Positions 35,096 through 49,738 of a stretch of DNA of 64,000 nucleotides are shown in pieces; position 1 is the first letter of the stretch, and each line of letters opens with the position of its first letter. The position numbers and the translations under genes are program-made. Source of the stretch: Paraspadella gotoi (Eukaryota > Animalia > Chaetognatha); the NCBI GenBank assembly GCA_051294375.1, contig CM119269.1, forward strand, positions 10,289,056 through 10,353,055, read 5' to 3'. Under the pieces are notes generated by a model. It ran no database searches and was not told the DNA's origin. It worked only from the letters and a program-made list of their open reading frames with translations.

Positions 35096-35808
35096 NNNNN
35101 NNNNNNNNNNNNNNNNNNNNNNNNNNNNNNNNNNNNNNNNNNNNNNNNNNNNNNNNNNNNNNNNNNNNNNNNNNNNNNNNNNNNNNNNNNNNNNNNNNNN
35201 NNNNNNNNNNNNNNNNNNNNNNNNNNNNNNNNNNNNNNNNNNNNNNNNNNNNNNNNNNNNNNNNNNNNNNNNNNNNNNNNNNNNNNNNNNNNNNNNNNNN
35301 NNNNNNNNNNNNNNNNNNNNNNCTTACTTTCAGTCCTTTATTTTTTTCTTTCAAAACTAGATTGTAGATGGCATGTATGAAACTTGAAAACCGGGTTTTG
35401 GTTATCAGCTGATTTTAAAGAGATTTTGATTGAACGTTCGCACGCGACAAAGAGCCACAACAATCAACAACGACGACGACGACGACGACGTCGATAGCCT
35501 CACGCGAAGCATCACGATCGAGGAAATCGAATCCTTTGAGGTCGAAGTGAAACAATCGGGGAAAATAGAGAGAGAGAGANNNNNNNNNNNNNNNNNNNNN
35601 NNNNNNNNNNNNNNNNNNNNNNNNNNNNNNNNNNNNNNNNNNNNNNNNNNNNNNNNNNNNNNNNNNNNNNNNNNNNNNNNNNNNNNNNNNNNNNNNNNNN
35701 NNNNNNNNNNNNNNNNNNNNNNNNNNNNNNNNNNNNNNNNNNNNNNNNNNNNNNNNNNNNNNNNNNNNNNNNNNNNNNNNNNNNNNNNNNNNNNNNNNNN
35801 NNNNNNNN

Positions 35809-35843
<35 letters not shown>

Positions 35844-37034
35844 CAACTGTGACTTGACACGTGTTGAACGATCGCCGTTTGCACGCGACTTATGGACGAT
35901 TGTTGCGTCTCTCTCTCCGTCATCGTAGGAGTAGACTGAGTGAGTAGTACAGTACAGTACAGTACAGTACAGTACAGTACAGTACTACAGTGAGTAGTAC
36001 AGATTCAATCTACAAAAAAAGATCGATATATACCGTGTTTTCAGCTGTGCTGGGCTTGAAGTGTCCAAACTGCGACATCTATAATATTTCAAATGTGGCC
36101 GATATCTGTGTGGTCCATCTCCTGTTTTTCTGTCAGAGAAATTCAGTTCGAACGGTTAAATTCAGGGTTTTTAAAATTGAGTCTAAAAAATCCCAACGTA
36201 AAATAGAAGAACGAGAAAGTGAGAGAGCCTTGATTGAAAGCTTGCAAGTTCCCGCTAGTAATTCAATAACTCACAATCCTTAACCAAGCCATTCTTGGCG
36301 GGCGTTTCACCGCGCTTTCACCGGGATCACTGCCCCGACCTCGTTCACATTTATCCCGAGTGATTTCGGCGTCGCCTTGGAAGGCAGCGACGCCGGCAGC
36401 GGCTCTCGCCAATCGTTCGTGTCAAGCGCCGTATGATTTTTCCAGTCACGCCATGTTAAGAGAAAAAACATAAACAAAGAGAGAGAGAGACAGAGAGAAA
36501 GAGAGAGAGAGAGAGAGTTGGAACACGATTCTCGTGACCCGGAGATCCAGGCCACTTTGAACCCAGTTTCCCCCTTTTCAATTTTCCCGCGCAAAAAAAA
36601 AAAGTTCTGATACTTAATCGAAAAAGAGACATTTTTGAATTGAAACAGGAATTTTTTCTATTATTGTGCCCGGGAGTCGTAAACAATAAAGAATAAACTG
36701 TAAACAGATTTCGTGGTTCTGTAAACGTCACAAAACAATTAAATAACAATTACTTAATGGTATCAACCAACTCCGTCAAGTAAGATGTTAAAATATAAAC
36801 GATTGAAAAAGTCGTCTGGTAAACGTATGTCGTATGCACAATTGCACATACGTAGTCTAGAGTAACGACATTCGGCCCGTGAGTTTTTATCGAACAGCGA
36901 AAAGGAGTCACTCACATCATCCTTCCTTATTCACGTTCTGTGACAAAAGCATTTCACATTTCGCTCTCTTCCTTTCCTCTCTGTGTCGTTTAGCGGCACC
37001 AGACAGAAAACAGACATATTTCTAAAGCCGCCCC

Positions 37035-37079
<45 letters not shown>

Positions 37080-37174
37080 GTCTCTCTTTCTCTCTCTGAA
37101 TCATTTAAATGTTTTTCTTTCTTTTTTTCTTTCTTTCTTTCTTTCTTTCNNNNNNNNNNNNNNNNNNNNNNNNN

Positions 37175-39556
37175 AAAAGAGAGAGATTAGATCGAGAAAA
37201 ATATACTTTGCTGAATATGTTTTATTATATCTGAGAATATATTCTCGCCTGTCTGTTACCTCTCTTTCTCACTCCCCTTTTTTACCTCTCTCTTTTTTCT
37301 CTCTCTCATCATTTTTTCCTCGTCTCTCTTTTTATTCAATTCACCTCTTTTTTCTCATCTCTCCATTTTTTTCTCTCTCTAATAGGATATTTTTTTTCTC
37401 TCTTTCAAGATTGTTTTATGTAAATGAATTAAATATACATATTTTTCAAATATTGTTAACTCATGTTATTCGCATATTTTATCTAAAATAATTATAATAT
37501 TTGTATTTTTTAACCCAATTATTTTTTCAGTAAAAGCATATAGAAACAATTTAAACAAACAAATGTAGGAACGTAGCCCAACAAATTTAGTGGTTAAAAA
37601 GCTAATCAGCTCAATTTGTCTTCTTTTTTTTTGTCTTTTTTTATCTTTCTTTTTTTAATTTTTTATTTTTTTTTTTTGTGGATGGACATACTGATAAGAC
37701 TGATAGAGAAGACATAATTTTAAAAAAAAATATTCACTAATTTGACTGTTTTAAAAAGAAATTAAATAAAATCACCAAACACCATAATGGGACAGTGGAC
37801 TGACAGACCTTAACTTAGTGAATTATGGAGTCCCCCAAAAAAAACAATAAAATATTCATACAATCACTAACGAGTTCTACGCATCGTAAAATAATTTTAT
37901 TTTATTTTATATTTTATTTTATGTTGTATTAATAAATCGTCAGTTTGTAGAATTGCTTAAGATGAACTCAACGTTTGTTAAGTAGAGGCTGACGATTTGA
38001 GAGAGAGAAGTGAGCAAAAACTTATATCTCAGATCAATCATAATACCTTTTCTACCCACACACAGGAAATTTTATTCCAATCCATCTATTTAATTCACGA
38101 ATAATTGGGTTTAATGCTAATAAGGGATGGACTTAACAGACTGATATTAATTAATTAATCAATTTTAACATACTTTTTAATTAATTATTTTATATAAGTG
38201 AATTAAAAATTAAAACCAATCCTACTCTTCTATTCTATAAAATTTTAAGATAAAATTTTGTGTGTGGGTAGAAAAAATAAAAGTAAGTTTTAATGGAAAA
38301 ACAAAAGTTATTTTTACTTGGAACAATTACTTAAAAAAATTTTTGCACTCTATGTCTCTTCTTCCTTTTTTTTATTTCTATCGATAAAGATTATTTAATG
38401 AGCTAAATTGTTAAGTTGATTGTTGACCCAAATTAATTAATTTGACCAAATTATCAAGTTGTCCAAATATTCTAAGTTGACCAAATTAGCAAGTTTGACC
38501 AAATTATGACTGTTGACTAAATTCAAGCAAATTAACCAATCTTAACAGTTGACCAATTTAAATGCCAATGTGACAAATCTATGAAATTGGACCAACTTAT
38601 GCAGTTGACCGAAATTTGCCCGAGTTGATTTAATTATGCAAAATTGATTAATTATGAAAGTTTAACCAAATATGAAAGTTTACCCAAATTAATGAAAGTT
38701 TACCAAATTATTTAAAGTTTAGTCAATTATGAAGGTTACCAAAATTAAACCAAGTTAACTAATTATAAAAAATTACCAATTATAAAAGTCTTACCAAATT
38801 ATAAAAGTTTACCAAAATTTTAAAAGTTGATTAAATTATATCACTTGACCATATTTATGTCAGTTGACCAAATTATGTCAATGTGACTAAGTTATGCAAG
38901 GTGACCGAAATTATGCCAAGTGGTATCCCGGTGCAGCTATTGTTCATTGTTGATTAATTGAAGTAAAAAATAATATTTGTTTATCTTTTATATTTTACTT
39001 GTTATGAAAGATGGAAAATAGAAAATAGATAGAAGAAAGAGAAGAGAGAGAGAGGAGAAGAGTAGAGAAGCAGAATAGGAGGAGAGAGAGCCGTTTCAGG
39101 GGGCAGGAAAATATCCAATTCCCCTGGGGGTAGCCCCAGGGGGCAAAGGTTTTTATAGCCCGCTGGGGGATTCCCGCTGGAGTGGCCCCTTGGGCTCCAA
39201 AAAAAGAGGCTACAGGGGGCCGCCCTTAGGCGGCTAAGGTTTGCCTGCCCACTCGGGGCCGCCCGCGGAGCCACCTCCGCGGGGCCGCCCCCAGCACCGC
39301 CCCCGGCGGGAAGCAATTCTGAAGGATGACATACTTGGTCGACTCGGGCGAAGACTGAAAAGAATAATAAAAACAGAAAGAAAGAAAGAAAGAACGGAAG
39401 AAAGAAAGAAAGAAAGAAAGAAAGGAAAGAAAGAAAGAAAGAAGAAAGAAAGAAGAAAGAAAGTAAAGAAAAATAGAGAAAAATAAAAAAAGAAAGAAAG
39501 AAAGAAATAAAGAAATAAAAGGAAAGAACTAAAAAAATTAGAAAAAATAAAGAATA

Positions 39557-39600
<44 letters not shown>

Positions 39601-41190
39601 AAAGAAAAGAGAGAGAGAGAGAGTGAGAGAGAGGGAGCGAATTGGAATAATAATAAGAAATGAAGAAAAATAACTGGTGGCTGGCTGACTGCAGTAGCAC
39701 TTTGTTTCGTTTTCTTTTCTTTGTTTTATTTACTGCAAAACCAACTGCGATCAATTAACGTTCTTGTGGTTGTTTGTCTCTTTGTCACGACTCTCCCTTA
39801 TGATTCAAAGACAATATCAACCGTCAGGCGAGGTCGCTAGTTTCATTAATGGATAATTAATGATTAATGAATTATGTGGAATTGCCCGTAAGACGAAGCA
39901 GGGCGTTGGGTGAACGGAAACCAGTAAGCTTGCGAAGCTTGCAAAGACAAGGAAAGCAGTGAAGGCACGAAGGTGGTGGAGGCGGCGGAGGCGGCTGAGG
40001 CGGCGGAGGAGGTGGAGGCGGCGGAGGCGGCAGAGATGGCGGAGGCGATTTTTTTTTCTTTTAACGATTCTCTGCGATCCTCGAGGCAGCTGCCTCCGCT
40101 GATTCTGCCGCGACATCCTGCAGCAATTACTGCGGTCTCCTTAGTTGAGGCAATCACTAAGATTTTCTTGCCTTTCGTTTTGGAGTACTTACATATATAC
40201 ATATAATTAAGTTTCTTTTTTGCATTTATAGTTATTAATTTTCTTTTATAGTTACAGTAAGGTAAGAAAAGACGGAATCGATTCTATCCTACGCAAAAGT
40301 CAGTTGACATCGACCGAGGCGGAACAATTTCAGCCAGTTTAGTTAAGGAACTAACTTAGGGAACAAAAACGGAACGAAACAACGTCGCGAACGAAAAAAA
40401 ATCTCTCTTCCTCTCTCTCCTCCTCCTCTTTCTTCTCTCGTTCTCTCTTCTCTCTCTCTCTCTCCTCTCATCAGCTCGGAACTCGCCAGCATCAATAAAA
40501 CGAAAATAAAAGGATTTTTGGGGTTCTGCACCTAAAATTCAAGAGGAAGACCGAAAGAGAGAGAGAGAATCAATTTTTATTCGAATAAAAAAGTAGGCAT
40601 CCTTTTTTTCTTTTTTTATCGCTGCGTCAACCAAATAGAATCTTGTTCGAACGCGTTTCGACCAATGAAGCGTTCACTATGGAGGAGGTTTTAATGTTTT
40701 TTTATCTTGAAAAGGTTGCTTTTTCTAGAGAAACAAGGAGGAGCCAATGATGGCGAATTAATGACGAAAAGCCGGAAAGAAAGAGCAGACTGTGGAAATA
40801 ATATTGAGAACGAAATTATTAATGGTTAGCTCTAGGTTTTTGATAATATTTTCTTTTCTTGTTCTGTCGGTCAATGAAGTAATCAGCCGGTCGTTTTCCA
40901 TCGTCATCTTCTTTGCTGAATTTTAACGCGTAGCTGCGCATCGTGTTCTTCGTTTATGCGTCTTCTTCTCGTCATCATTTCCTGTATATCGACAGATTCA
41001 TATTCATCGTCCTTTGTCGTCAATCGTTAATTCGTTATCTTTGTCGTCATTCGCGTTATCGTCGTCGGTCATCGAGCTCAGTCTTTGCCGCCTCAACGGG
41101 GGTGATCTCGCAATCAACGACTTGCAAAAAAAAAACTCTAAATCCAGAAATTAAAAAAAAGTCCGTCAGATAAAACCGCTCTCTCCTCTC

Positions 41191-41247
<57 letters not shown>

Positions 41248-41576
41248 CTTCTCTCTCTCTCTCTCTCTCTTTGACTTCTGTCTCTATCCTTTTCCCCCCT
41301 GAAGAGAGAGCAAAGGAGGTGGAAGTTCCTCTTCCAAAGGCAACGACTCTTTCATTTCGCGGAAGGTTTAATGACGATAATCGGCGAATCCGCGACGACG
41401 ACGAACGACGACGACGACGTCGATCGCGATGGGATTCACATCGGAAGTCCGATAGTGTAGCACAACAAGTGGCTTTGTCTCTGTTTCGCCGGCAAGGCGA
41501 CTAATATCAAGAGAGAGAAGAGAGAGAGAGACGGGAAGAGAGAGAGAGAGAGATGAGAGAGAGAGAGGAGAGAGAG

Positions 41577-41650
<74 letters not shown>

Positions 41651-41786
41651 GAGAGAGGTCATAAATTTCGAGAACAACGGTTACGATTCAAGCACTTTTT
41701 GTTCTCCTATGTAAGAAAGAGAAAATGAAGAGAAACTGCCAGTTTCGCAAAGTGGTCCGACGAGTTTTTTGATGCGCTCCTCACTG

Positions 41787-41824
<38 letters not shown>

Positions 41825-42235
41825 TCTCGCTCTCTCCTCTCTCTCTCTCTATCTCTCTCTCTCTCTCTCTCTCTTTCAACTCTAAAGGCGGGAGAGTCTG
41901 GCTGATTATTTTCCGTTCCAAAAAATATATCGTCTCTTTTGACGATTTCGCCCGGAAGATTTGAAAAACGGGCCGAACTCGAGAGAAAGGAAATTGCTCG
42001 CGGGCGTCAGTTTGTCGGAATCACTGTTCGCGAGCGGTAAGCGGAAGCGAAAATTAACAATATGCCAGAACAAACTGACAACGCCAAGAACGGCAAGAGA
42101 CATAATCACTAGAACGAAGCAAGTTAATGAAACTGACAAATTGCATGCTTCACGTGCGCTCAAAAATGCGTTTTCTTGGAATGACTCTCTCTTCTCTCGT
42201 CTCTCTCTCTCTCTTCTCCTCTCTCTCTCTCTCTC

Positions 42236-42267
<32 letters not shown>

Positions 42268-45200
42268 TCTCTCTCTCGGCATCCACTTCGGATGACACCG
42301 AGCAATTCGTTTTTTGTTGCACAACTTCTCATCCTTACTTTCCAGTTCCGTTATTTTTTTCTTATCAAAACTAGATTAGTAGATGGCCATGTATGATAAC
42401 TGAAAACCGGTTGTTGGTTATCAGCTGATTTTAAAGAGATTTTTGCATTGAACGATGGCGCACGCGACAAAAGAGCCACAACAACAACAACGACGACGAC
42501 GACGACGACGTCGATAGGCCTTCACGCATAGCATCCACGACTCGAGGGGAAGTCGAATCCTTTCGAGGGGGTTTTCAAGTTTGAAACAATCGGGGGAAAA
42601 TTAGAGAGAGATGAGGGTGAGAGGGAGAGAGAGAGAGGAAAGAGAAGAGAGAGAGAGCACGAAGGCATAGAAGCAGAGGACAGATGAGAGAACAGATGAG
42701 AGAGAGAGAGATTCAACTGTGACTTGGACACGTGTTGAACGATCGCCGTTTGACACGCGACTTATGGACATTGTGGTCTCTACTCTCCGCTCATCCGTAG
42801 GAGTAGACTGAGTGTAGTAGGACGGAGTACGCAACCGTACAGATACAGTACTTACAGTGAAGTAGTACAGATTCAATCTACAAAAAAGATCGATATATGA
42901 CCTGTTTTCAGCTGTTACCTGGGCTGAAGTGTCCAAACTCGAACATCTAATATTGTTCAAATGTGGCCGATATCTGTGTGGTCCATCTCCTGTTTATTCT
43001 GTCAGAGAAATTCCAGTTTCGAACGGTAAATTCAGGGTTTTTAAAATAGTAGTCTAAAAATCCAACGTAAAATAGAAGAAAGAAACGAGAAAAGTGACGA
43101 GAGCCTGATTGAAAGGCTGTGCAAGTTCCCGTCGTTAATTCAATAACTCACAATTCCTTAACCAAGCCATTCTTGGCGGCGTTTCACCGCGGCTTTCACC
43201 GGGATCACTGCCCCGACCATCGTTCACATTTATCCCGAATGTGATTTCGGCGTCCCTGAGAAGGCAGCGACGGCCGGCAGCGGCTCCTCGCCAATTCGTT
43301 CGTGTCAAGCGCGCGTGATGATTTTTCCAGTCGACGCCATGTTAAGAGAAAAAACATCAAAACAAAGATGAGGGAACAGGATGCGAGAGAAAGAGCAGAG
43401 AGAGAGAGTTGGAACACGATTCTCGTACCGGAGATCAGGCCACTTTGACCCAGTTTCCCCTTTTCAATATTTCCGCGACAAAAAAAACAAAAAAAAGTTC
43501 TAGATACTTATCGAAAAACGAGACATTTTTGAACTCTGAAACAGGAATTTTTTGATTATCTGTGCCCGGGAGTCCCGTAAACAATAAAGACATAAACTGA
43601 TAAACAGATTTCGATGGTTTTGTCAACGTCACAAAACAATTAAATAACACATTACTTAATGCATCAAACCAATCCGTCAAAGTAAAGATGTTAAAATTAA
43701 ACGATTGAAAAAGTCGTCTGGTAAACAATGTCGTATACAAATTGCACATACGTAGTCTAGAGTAACGACATCGGGCGTGAGTTTTATCTGAACAGCGAAG
43801 AAGGATCACTCACATCATCATTCCCTCCGATTATTCACGTTCTGTGACAAAAGCATCTTCACATTTCGCTCTCTTCCTTTTCCTCTCTGTGTCGCACTCT
43901 GCGCAACCAGAACAGGAAAACAGACATATTTCAAGGCCGCCCCGCGCCATTCTCTCATCTCTCACTCTCTCTTCTCTCTCTTCATCTCCATCTCTCTGTC
44001 TCCTTGTCTCTCTTTTCTCTCTGAATCATTTAATTCATGATTTTCTTTCTTTTTCTTTCTTGTCTTATATACTTTCTATTCTCTTCTTGCTTTTTTCTTT
44101 CTTTCTTTCTTCTTTCTTTTCCTTTATTCTTTTATTTTTCTATTTTTTAGTTCTTTCTTTATTTCTTTAATTTCATTTCTTTTCCTTTTTTACTTTCTAC
44201 TATTTGTTCTTTCGTTTCATTTCTTCTTATCGTTTCTTGATCTTTCCTTTTCTTTCATTTCTTTCTTTCTTTCTTTCTTTCTTCCTTTTACTTTCTTACT
44301 TTCTTATACTGTACTTTTTAGTTATTTTTCGCTTCCCTTATCGCCCGAGATCGACCAAGTATGTTGTCATCCTATCACGAATTGCCTTTCCTCTCCGGCC
44401 GCCGCCCGCTGCCTGGCGGGCCCGCCCGGCGGCTCCCGCGCTCCGCGGGCGGCCCGAAGGGCAGGCAAATCCTTACCGCCTAGGGGCGCCCCCTGTTAGC
44501 CTTCCTTTTTGTTGAGCCCCAAGGGCCACTCCAGGGGGGAATCCCCAGGGGCTATAAAAACCTTGCCCCCTGGGCTACCCAGGGAATGATTTTCCTGCCC
44601 CTGGAACGGATTCCTCTCCCTCATTCTCCTCTACTCTCTCTTCCCTCATCTCTCTCTCTCTTTTCTCATCTCTTCTCATCTTTCATCTTTCATTTACAAT
44701 AAAATTATAGAAAATACAAATATCTAATTTTTTACCTTCACATCTACTCATCAATGAACCAATAGCTGCACCCGATCAACTTGCTAATTGGTCCCTCTGC
44801 CCATCAATCTTAGTCACCTCTGACACTCACATCTATGTCGCTCACCTGCTGACATCCACACACCTTTGGTCACACGCTGATCCTCATTAACCCCTCAACC
44901 TTCTTAACATTTGGTAACCTTCACCTCAACTTTGGCTAAACTTTTTATAATTTTCGGTAAACTTTTTCTATAATTCCTACGCCTTAAACTTGTTTAATCT
45001 GGCTTCAACCCTTCATAATGACTAAACTTAATAATCTTGGTACAGAGCTTTCATACATTTGTAAACCTTTCATATTTGGTAAACTTTCATAATTTAATCA
45101 ATTTGCATAATAACAACCAACCTGCGCAGTAACTTTGTGCTCAACTCTCGCATAATTCTGGTTCAATTCTCATTCTAGATTGTCAATTGGCCATTTCACC

Positions 45201-48200
45201 AACCTTCCCGTAACCCCCGCGGCCACTAACCATTGGTTATTTTGCTCTCAAAGTTTAGTTCAACAGTCAGTATTGGTTCAACTTGCATTAATTTGGTCAA
45301 CTTAGATAATTTGAAACTGAGATAATTTGGTCCAAATTATTAATTTTGTCAACAATCAACTGTAACACATTAGATCATTAATAATTTTTATCCGATAGAA
45401 ATTAAAAAGAAGAGAGAAATAGAGTGCAAAACATTTTTTTTAATAATTTCAAGTAAAAGAACTTTGTTTTTCATTAAACAACCTTACTTTATATTTCTAC
45501 CCACACACAAAAATTTACTCTTAAAAATTTTTTACAGACATAAAGAGTAGGATGGTTTTAATTTTTTAATTCATCTTATAAAAAAAATTAATTATAAAAA
45601 ATCATCTTAATATGATCTTAATTAATTGAACTATCGTCATTAAGTACCATCCTATTGCATTAAAACTCCAATTATTCGTCGATTTAAATAGATGGATTGG
45701 AATAAAATTTGAGTTGTGTGGGTAGAAAGATATGATTGACGAGATATAAGTTTCTTCACTCTCTCTCTCAAATTCGTTCAGCCTACTACTAAACAAACGT
45801 GAGTTTCATCTTACAGCAATCTACAAACTGACGTATTAATTATAATTACAAATTAAAATAAAATAAATAAAATTAAAATCTTTTTTACGATGTTAGAACT
45901 CGCTTTTAGTGTTGAATGAATAGTTTTATGTTATTTTATGGAGGACTCCATATTCACTAAAGTAGGTTCATGTCAGTCACTGCCCATTATCTTGTTTCGC
46001 GTGATTTAATTTCAACTTTCTTTTAAACATCAAATTATGTGACATATTTTTTTTAAATTACTGTCATCCTATCAGTCTATCGTAATGTTCCATATCACAC
46101 AAAAAAAAACACCAAAACAAATTAAAAAAACGACCAAGACTCCTTCAAACAAAAAGCCACAACCCCCAAAAGAGAAGACCCCACCCAAGAACCCCACCTC
46201 GCTACTTACGCCTCTCCCTTCTAACACTCACAATACTTGCTCCCCTCCTCGGCTACGTCACTCTACACTTGTTCTGTCTGAACAATTCTTCTTCCTACCT
46301 ATCTTTTAACTAGAAATACAAATTCAATTGGCTCCGTTAAACACAATACACCAATACTCTACTCAATTCTCTAGGCATATAAACAACTATCCGCCACATA
46401 ACTGACGTTAACAACCTATTTGCACAAATATGCCCCCATATATCTAACTCTCATCTACATACAAAAAAGTCCTTGACAAGACCGAGAAACCAAACATTAC
46501 CCTCCCTCTAATGGACCCGCAACGGCAGATCCCAAACAAGCACCGCCGAGCACACGACGAGGAAAACACAAGAACCAGCCACCCCCACCCCCCCCCCCCA
46601 GCCCCCCCCCGCTCACTCCACAGCCCCCCCCCCCCCCCCCCCTCCACGTTGACATGCAGACAAACGAGACAGACCCACGCACAAAAGCACGAGAAGCACG
46701 ACCAAATGACCGAGACGACGAACCCAACACAGGGAGACAAGAAAGAGGAGTAACAGATAGGAGAAAATACTTCTCAGACTATTAAATAACCACCTATTCA
46801 GAAACGTACCTATTTTCTCACTAAACTTTGCTCCTCTCTCTTAACTCGCTATGGGGCAGCAGTTTCTCTTGATCCCCACGGCGCGCTTCCCCCGAGGGTG
46901 CAGACTATTTTATGCGCCCAGGACCACGGACCTAGCATAGCAGGGCGCCCCCTAATCAACCCAAAATGTCCGCGCCCCCAGGGGAACCCCCCCTGCGCGC
47001 CCCCCCTGAGGCATCCAGACCCGGGGGCGCCCCTCACATGACCTCCTGTCGCTGCGAATAGCTCATTCCCCCTGGGGCGCCCTACGAGCCGCCCGCGGGG
47101 CGAGGCATTTGAGCAGCAAGCCGACAGATTGACAATCATCTCCGCAGTCGATGAGTTCTTAAAACTGCGCCTCCGATCATATCCTCATCTTTCTTACCCT
47201 GCATACGTTTCATCTCAGCTACGAATATCGGTCTAGATCGGGCGATGATCATCTGATTCGTACCATCCTCCTCATCTTACACTCAAGCCATCCTCATCAT
47301 CTTCTGCTACTCTCTCCTCTCTCTTCTTCTCTCTCTCTTATTCTCTCTCTATCTCTCTCCTTCTCTCTCATCTATCTCTCCTCTGATGCAGAAGCAAGAA
47401 CGGCAGGCGACCTTTTGTGGCGATCGAGATGCGAAAATCAGGTTCTGCTGCACACTTAGTCCAGGAGGAAAGTAGAAAGCTGCGCGGACGTAGAGGTCCC
47501 ATGCTACACTAAACTGACGAGACATGAGAGACGTGAGATGTGCACGGAGAGGCACGCGCAATTAGCGTACTAATCACATAACCGACAAATGCAAGAACAA
47601 ATAAACTGAGTGGCTGGCGCGCTCGACTCGCAAGTAGCACTTTGTTTCGTTTTCCCTGCTTCTTTTCTCTCATACTACTACATGGCAAAACCATACCTGC
47701 GATCATTAAGCCTTTACTAGTGTGTGCGTTTGTCTTTGTCCACGTCACCTCCTCCCTTATGATTTCAAACGCAATCATCAAGCGCCTCAGGCGATAGGTC
47801 GCTAGCTTCAGGTTACATGACTAACATTCTCATCATGATTAATGAATTATGTGGAACATCTGCCCGTCAGACGAAGCAAGGGCGTTTGGCGCGTCGAACG
47901 AACCGACTCCGACGATAACATGCTGCATGCTGCGAAGCTTGCAAAGACAAGCGAACAGCAGTATAGTGCATACGCAGACTCTGCACTACGCTAGTATGAC
48001 AGCTACGTCAAAGTTGGCCACGAGCCCGGCGCATCAGAGCGGTACTGAAAGGTGGCTGCGTGACTGACCGTAGGTGAGGCCGGCGGTAAATGGCTCGGGC
48101 TAGAGCTGCGGAAGGCGATTTTTCTTTCTATCGTATAGTACGATTCTCTGGCATCCATCGAAGGCAGCTGCACACGCGTCCCTAGCACGCACTGATTACT

Positions 48201-49738
48201 GGCTCCCGCGCACAGTCCTGCAGCACAAGTTCCTTCGCCGGTCTCCTTAGCTTGCAGGTCGCATCACCTAAGAGTCTCATATGCTCGTTGTGATCGCGCC
48301 TCGTTCTGCTCATACTGCTCACCAGCGCATCACGTCGTTACATCACCAGCCAGAAGAACCCAACTTACTTAACTTCATAACTAGCACTATACCATAACAG
48401 TCATCTTGTTTCAGTAAACTTGCGCTATTAAGTATCATCCTGAATTTTCTCTTTATATAGTACTAGATCGCATCAATAATACACACTCGAATCTACGCTA
48501 AGATGCGTGAGTCCAAACTCTATCTGCGCCTACTACAATATACTATACCAACCACACTACGATCTATTAATACAATACACAGCTCGCTATTCTCTGAATC
48601 ATCCGTATATATAACACACACTCTAGCCTACATACGTTATCATCATCTCATCTATCTCTCGCGCTCCGCTCCGTCCAGAACAGGCGCATAACTACACTCA
48701 TATACCACCTCTTCGTGCTTCGACAATGATGACACGCGACGAGCATAGATCAGAGCCACAACTCCCAGAGTCGCGATCGATCTGCTAGATATGCCGATCA
48801 ACTATACATAGCGATATGCCCGCTGCATATAAGTACTCGAACACGTACAGCGAGACATCGAAACGTAATGTTGCCGGCGCGCGGCTCTACCGAGCGAGAT
48901 AGTATCGCATTGACCTCGACTACAGACGTCGGATCACCACGAGTAAAATCAAACTACCAAAGATACACGGTATTCGCGCTCATTACTATACGAATACTCA
49001 GCGCGTCTACGACGCAGTGAATCATTCATTTCCGCAGCGCACAACAATTTCGACCCGTCTTAGTCGGCTAATCGGATACTAACCTTAGTGGGACACAAAA
49101 TAACGGAACGAAAAGACAACAACATTCCGTCGTGTCAGCGGACACGAAAACACAAAAAAGAAGCGACACACAGGAAAAAAAAAAAGAAAAAACCAACCGC
49201 AATTGCCGATAAGCAGCGGGAAGCGACCTCCTATTGATTCGATTCACCTTCCAGCTCGCCGGGAACAAACAAAATTGCATATCGACGAATTTATGCAAAT
49301 TATAAACGCGAGCCGTGTCGCTGGCTGGGGGCTGGCCCGGTGAGGGAGGGTGCGACCGACACGCCCTCTAGGGTTGGCGGGCGAGACAGGCAGCGAGTGG
49401 TAACACAGGGAAAGGGGCGGTGGGGAAAGTATGAAAGGGGACAAGATGAAGGCTGCGAGTCAGTGGGTAACAGTCTGCGTCAGGCGCAAGAGTGATCGTT
49501 GGAAGGAAAGGAAAGCCGAAGAGGTATCAGGGAGAGATCGGAGGATGGAGTTGGTGAAAAGGTGCAGGAAGGAGAACTATGGCTGCCGGTGTCTGACTAC
49601 CTCGCATTATTGGGGAGGTTGGCGGCTCGGAGGTGCCGTTACAGAGGGGTGGCAGGTGGGGAGACTGAGATAGTGAAAAGTCGTGCTCGACAGGCCTGGT
49701 GGGCGCAGATAAGTCGATTTCCATTTCCGAGGCTGAAA
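37175..49738. other. Probable assembly artefact: redundant error-rich long-read gap fill between two 25-N gaps
   Basis: 40470-44050 is an indel-ridden direct copy of 33750-37140. 44330-46840 is a noisy inverted copy of 37180-39360. 47580-49170 is a very noisy copy of 39670-40400. The block is bounded by exactly 25 Ns (37150-37174 and 49739-49763). Confidence 0.85.
38410..38925 (+). repeat. ~18-bp minisatellite (AGTTGACCAAATTATGCA-like)
   Basis: Many degenerate tandem copies; a noisy inverted copy lies at ~44780-45360. Confidence 0.7.

Noticed and set aside
46085-49738. Novel GC-rich ORFs or horizontally acquired DNA
   Set aside because: Much of it is a very noisy copy of 37.2-37.7 kb (inverted) and 39.1-40.4 kb; the rest looks like low-quality read tail.
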